Origin: Candidatus Altiarchaeales archaeon IMC4
GTDB lineage: Archaea > Altiarchaeota > Altiarchaeia > IMC4
NCBI GenBank assembly: GCA_001742785.1
Contig: MCBF01000001.1
Location: forward strand, 962,676 to 981,863
Direction: 5' to 3'
DNA length: 19,188 nucleotides
Translations under genes and position numbers: made by a program
The notes under the pieces: model-generated
What the model was told of the DNA's origin: nothing
Databases searched by the model: none
Seen by the model: the letters and a program-made list of their open reading frames with translations, nothing else
In this document: positions 15,762-19,188 of the stretch, one piece after another
How the letters are laid out: the number at the start of each line of letters is the position of its first letter
Numbering within the stretch: position 1 is the first letter of the stretch

Positions 15762-16967
15762 TCATCGACTTGTCCCCAAGCCCCCTCGTTTTAGTTTTTT
15801 CTCGCCGTGCTCGTCGTAGCCGCGGGTGAAGGCGTATAAAACCACCATGCCCGCAAATATTGCAAAACCCCCGAAATAGAACACGGACGCCATGCTGATG
15901 TAATCCATTATCGCCCCCCCGGCCAGCGGCGATATGACCATCCCGAGGGACATCGCTGCGACGAATACGCTCATTGTCGTGCCCATCCCATATCTCCTGC
16001 CCAGCACCGCATTGACCGCGGTTGCTGCCGGCATCCCGATCGCCTCGCCGGCCCCCATGAAAAGGCTCACCGCAAGCAGCGAGGCAAACCCCGCCGAAGA
16101 CGGGACCAGGAGCATGCCGGCCCCGGTTATCGCGCTTCCCGCCATCATCAGTTTTATCTTGGAGCGCTTGTCAGCCAGCCTTCCGAACGGGATCTGCAGG
16201 AGCGATACGAGGATCATGTTTGCGGTAAGGATCGTGCCTATCTGGGTGGGGCTCATGCCAAGCGAATAAGCGTAGACCGGCAGAAAGACCATGATAGACC
16301 CCCTGCCCAAAGCGGTGATAAACCTGAACGAGAACAGCCCCCTTACGATATTGTTGCGGAACAGCCCCCTGAACGATGCGTGTTCCTTGTTGTCCCGCTC
16401 GCCCTTCTTTATCATCGCGGCGGTTTCCTCGGTAAGGAAGAGGTAAGTAACCGCAAGGGCGACCGCCGAAAGGGCTGTCATCGCGTAGAACACTGAGGCC
16501 ATCCCGAAGGCGTCGGTTAAGACCCCGCCGATAAACGGGCCGAACCCCATGCCGAGGTAAAGGGAGACGTTAAAATACCCCATGAATTTCCCCTCCTTCC
16601 CGCGGGGCGCGATGTCGCCGACGTATGCCATGACAAGGGGCAGGACCATCGCCGAGGCGGCCCCGTGCAGGAACCTGACCCACGTCAGGGAATAAACGCT
16701 TTCCGCAAAGACATAGCCGAACGACAGCACGCTGTAGAGGAAAAGCCCCATGCAGATAAATTTTTTCCTGCCCCTCTTGTCCGAGATCTTGCCCATCATC
16801 GGGGTGAAGATCAGGTTCGACAGGGAGAACACGGAGAATATCACCCCGAGCCATATCCCGGTAGCGCCCATGCCTTCGGCGTAAAGGGGGATAAGCGGGG
16901 ATATTATGCCCATGCCCAGCATCACCGCAAACGTGGCTATGAACAGGGTGATGAATTTCCTTCTCAT
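15762..16967 (-). CDS. MFS transporter (DHA1/TetA-like drug:H+ antiporter family)
   Basis: 401 aa, about 12 hydrophobic helices, motif A twice (GKISDKRGRK; GRLADKRSK), 'RFLHG', motif C 'GMGFGPFIGG'. Confidence 0.92.
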   Translation of the reverse strand: MRRKFITLFIATFAVMLGMGIISPLIPLYAEGMGATGIWLGVIFSVFSLSNLIFTPMMGKISDKRGRKKFICMGLFLYSVLSFGYVFAESVYSLTWVRFLHGAASAMVLPLVMAYVGDIAPRGKEGKFMGYFNVSLYLGMGFGPFIGGVLTDAFGMASVFYAMTALSAVALAVTYLFLTEETAAMIKKGERDNKEHASFRGLFRNNIVRGLFSFRFITALGRGSIMVFLPVYAYSLGMSPTQIGTILTANMILVSLLQIPFGRLADKRSKIKLMMAGSAITGAGMLLVPSSAGFASLLAVSLFMGAGEAIGMPAATAVNAVLGRRYGMGTTMSVFVAAMSLGMVISPLAGGAIMDYISMASVFYFGGFAIFAGMVVLYAFTRGYDEHGEKKLKRGGLGTSR

Positions 16968-17034
16968 TTTGGTTTGGTTTCTGATACTATCGGGGATATG
17001 ACACGGTTATTAACTTTCCAGAGAAATAAATTAC

Positions 17035-18585
17035 ATGGACACGATCCTCATCTTAGACTTCGGCGGGCAGTACACCCACCTGATATCGCGCCGGGTGCGG
17101 GCGATGTCGGTCTACACCGAGATACTGCCCTATGACTGCGGCACGGAATCGATATCCAAACTTCACCCGTCGGGCGTGATCCTGTCCGGCGGCCCCTCTA
17201 GCGTCTATGAAAAGGACAGCCCGAAGATCGAAAAAGAGACGGTCGACTGGATCTCCAGAAACAACATCTCGCTTCTTGGGCTTTGCTACGGCCACCAGGT
17301 GCTTGCGCAGGTTTTAGGCGGAAGGGTAGAAAAAAGCAGGACAAAGGAATACGGGAAAAAGGAACTTGCTGTTGCAGGTGCGGGCAGGTTGCTGAAAGGG
17401 ATTGGAAAAACCGAAACCGTCTGGATGAGCCACGGCGACCATGTCGTAAAACCGCCGAAGGGGTGCAAAGCTGTCGCCTCGACGGATTCCTGCCCGGTTG
17501 CGGCATACGAAGGCGAAAACATCTTCGGCGTGCAGTTCCACCCGGAGGTAAGGCACACGCCGTGCGGCGAAAAGATACTCAAAAACTTTGTCTTTGAAAT
17601 CTGCGGATGCAAGCCAGACTGGGTTATCGGGGACTTCATAGAGAAGGCCGTTTCCGGATTGAAAAAGGAGGTCGGCTGCGAAAAGGTCATCATGGGGCTG
17701 TCGGGCGGCGTGGACTCATCGGTTGCCGCCGCCTTGATACACGAGGCGATCGGGGACAGGCTCCACTGCGTGTTCGTGGACCACGGCCTGATGCGCAAAA
17801 ACGAGGCCGAGGAAGTGGAAAAGCTTTTCATGGACCACATCGGCTTCAAGAATTTCCATGTCGTTAATGCGCAGGAAGAATTCATGTCGAGACTGGAGGG
17901 GGTTTCGGACCCTGAGGCCAAGAGGAAAATAATCGGCGAGCTTTTCATCCGGGCATTCGAGAAAAAAACAGGCGAGCTTCTCCACGAGTTCGGGGACATA
18001 AAATTCCTGGGGCAGGGGACGATCTACCCGGACCGCGTCGAAAGCGCCGCCACCAGCAAATCCGCATCGGTCATAAAAAGCCACCACAACGTTGCGCTGC
18101 CCAATGATATGAAACTCAAGCTTGTCGAGCCGCTCAATGACCTGTACAAGGACGAGGTCCGGCTGGTAGGGGAAAAATTAGGACTGCCAAGGGAACTCGT
18201 GCGGCGCCAGCCGTTCCCCGGCCCTGGTCTGGCAGTCAGGTGCCTGGGTGCGGTAACCCCGGAAAAGATTCGGATGCTTCGGGAGGCGGACGCGATAATA
18301 GACGAGGAGATAAGGAAGGCAGACCTGTACGAAAAGCTATGGCAGAGTTTTGCAGTGTTCCTCCCGGTCAAATCGGTCGGCGTCATGGGCGATGCAAGGA
18401 CTTATGAAAACGTGATCGCCTTGCGCGCAGTGGAAAGCGACGACGTGATGACCGCCAACTGGGCGAAACTGCCCTACGAGGTTCTCGGGGCGATCTCGAA
18501 CAGGATAGTGAACGAGGTCAGGGGGATAAACCGCGTGGTTTACGACATAACTCAGAAGCCGCCGGGGACCGTGGAGTGGGAATAG
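17035..18585 (+). CDS. guaA: GMP synthase (glutamine-hydrolysing), fused GATase + ATPPase
   Basis: ILDFGGQY, SGGPSSV, GLCYGHQ, VQFHPEV, SGGVDS, QGTIYPD, IKSHHNV, RQPFPGPGL, KPPGTVEWE. Confidence 0.97.
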   Translation: MDTILILDFGGQYTHLISRRVRAMSVYTEILPYDCGTESISKLHPSGVILSGGPSSVYEKDSPKIEKETVDWISRNNISLLGLCYGHQVLAQVLGGRVEKSRTKEYGKKELAVAGAGRLLKGIGKTETVWMSHGDHVVKPPKGCKAVASTDSCPVAAYEGENIFGVQFHPEVRHTPCGEKILKNFVFEICGCKPDWVIGDFIEKAVSGLKKEVGCEKVIMGLSGGVDSSVAAALIHEAIGDRLHCVFVDHGLMRKNEAEEVEKLFMDHIGFKNFHVVNAQEEFMSRLEGVSDPEAKRKIIGELFIRAFEKKTGELLHEFGDIKFLGQGTIYPDRVESAATSKSASVIKSHHNVALPNDMKLKLVEPLNDLYKDEVRLVGEKLGLPRELVRRQPFPGPGLAVRCLGAVTPEKIRMLREADAIIDEEIRKADLYEKLWQSFAVFLPVKSVGVMGDARTYENVIALRAVESDDVMTANWAKLPYEVLGAISNRIVNEVRGINRVVYDITQKPPGTVEWE

Positions 18586-18613
18586 AGGTAATAAACAATT
18601 ACATCAATATAAT

Positions 18614-18742
18614 ATGGGTGCAATAATGGATAGGATTATATGCAAACAAAAGAAGATTGCGGCAAGAGAATTAAAACGCCTTGAGGAAGGCTATTACTTT
18701 GGTAAAAAATTGTACGCTATGAGAGAGGAATTATACGAATGA
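18614..18742 (+). CDS. 42-aa antitoxin-like small ORF
   Basis: MGAIMDRIICKQKKIAARELKRLEEGYYFGKKLYAMREELYE*; the 'LEEGYYFG…REELYE' tail resembles VapB-type antitoxin ends. Confidence 0.45.
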   Translation: MGAIMDRIICKQKKIAARELKRLEEGYYFGKKLYAMREELYE

Positions 18743-18793
18743 AATCATGTTAAGAACATCCCGTGGCTGCATGTTGTAAATCCCATAGGATAA
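18743..18793 (+). pseudogene. C-terminal fragment of a PIN/VapC-like toxin
   Basis: NHVKNIPWLHVVNPIG* follows the TGA in the same frame and resembles the PIN-domain terminal 'HFxxIPxLxVxNP' pattern. Confidence 0.4.
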
Positions 18794-18840
18794 CGTGTGG
18801 TTGGCACTAATTATAATTGTTTACCATAATTTAACATACG

Positions 18841-19188
18841 ATGGAAAAAATAACAGGAACCAGCAAATTAAAAGAAGGATTCGCAAAGATGATGAAGAGC
18901 GGCGTCATAATGGACGTCACAAACGCAGAGCAGGCAAAAATCGCCGAGCAGGCAGGGGCGGTCGCGGTTATGGCGCTTGAGCGCGTACCGGCGGACATAA
19001 GGGCGCAGGGCGGCGTTGCGCGGATGGCCGACCCGAAAAAGATAAGGGAGATAATGGCCGCAGTTTCGATTCCCGTGATGGCGAAGGTCAGAATCGGGCA
19101 CTTCGCTGAGGCGCAGATTCTCGAATTCCTCGGCGTTGACATGATAGACGAATCCGAGGTTTTGACGCCTGCGGATTATTCGAATCAC
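18841..19188 (+). CDS. pdxS: Pyridoxal 5'-phosphate synthase subunit PdxS (runs off the window end)
   Basis: Not in the ORF track. Translates [65 protein letters not shown]…[10 protein letters not shown]…[11 protein letters not shown]. Confidence 0.97.
   Translation, partial: MEKITGTSKLKEGFAKMMKSGVIMDVTNAEQAKIAEQAGAVAVMALERVPADIRAQGGVARMADPKKIREIMAAVSIPVMAKVRIGHFAEAQILEFLGVDMIDESEVLTPADYSNH

Noticed and set aside
277..18386. Many antisense and alternate-frame ORFs over the assigned genes (e.g. 277..1059, 9486..10154, 12547..13191, 17286..17999)
   Set aside because: They overlap well-supported genes, show no family motifs and are expected from GC3-rich codon usage.
18795..19188. Track ORFs 18795..18980, 18831..19142 and 18868..19188
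   Set aside because: Shadow frames of pdxS, which starts at 18841 and runs off the window.
1..19188. CRISPR array, rRNA, transposase or integrase
   Set aside because: No regularly spaced direct repeats, rRNA signatures or DDE/tyrosine/serine recombinase motifs were seen.

Overview
Archaeal chromosomal window (Kae1, tRNA splicing endonuclease, RFC large subunit, Oap/Arv operon and TATA-type promoters; Euryarchaeota/DPANN-like, lineage not provable from sequence alone). From left to right: (1) a + strand envelope-type cluster: a 5'-truncated PepSY-like/Cys-rich gene, a secreted DUF4139-type protein, a second PepSY-like/Cys-rich paralogue and a membrane-anchored winged-HTH regulator; (2) a - strand kae1 plus arvA-arvB-arvC (oapABC) small-GTPase operon with a multi-hairpin element between arvB and arvC; (3) endA and a long-type FKBP PPIase, convergent, with two perfect inverted repeats at their junction; (4) a 1711-aa secreted, very Cys-rich repeat protein divergent from rfcL; (5) an AT-richer accessory patch with an AlbA_2/HATPase-like/HTH gene, a membrane-protein remnant, a GC-rich structured element and an unannotated 53-aa two-helix protein; (6) MFS transporter, fused guaA, an apparent vapBC relic and the 5' part of pdxS. 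The best candidates for undescribed biology are the giant Cys-repeat surface protein, the paralogue-DUF4139-paralogue-regulator cluster and several small ORFs and hairpin elements missed by the ORF track. No CRISPR array, tRNA, rRNA, integrase, transposase or reverse transcriptase was seen. All family assignments come from motif recognition by eye, not database searches.
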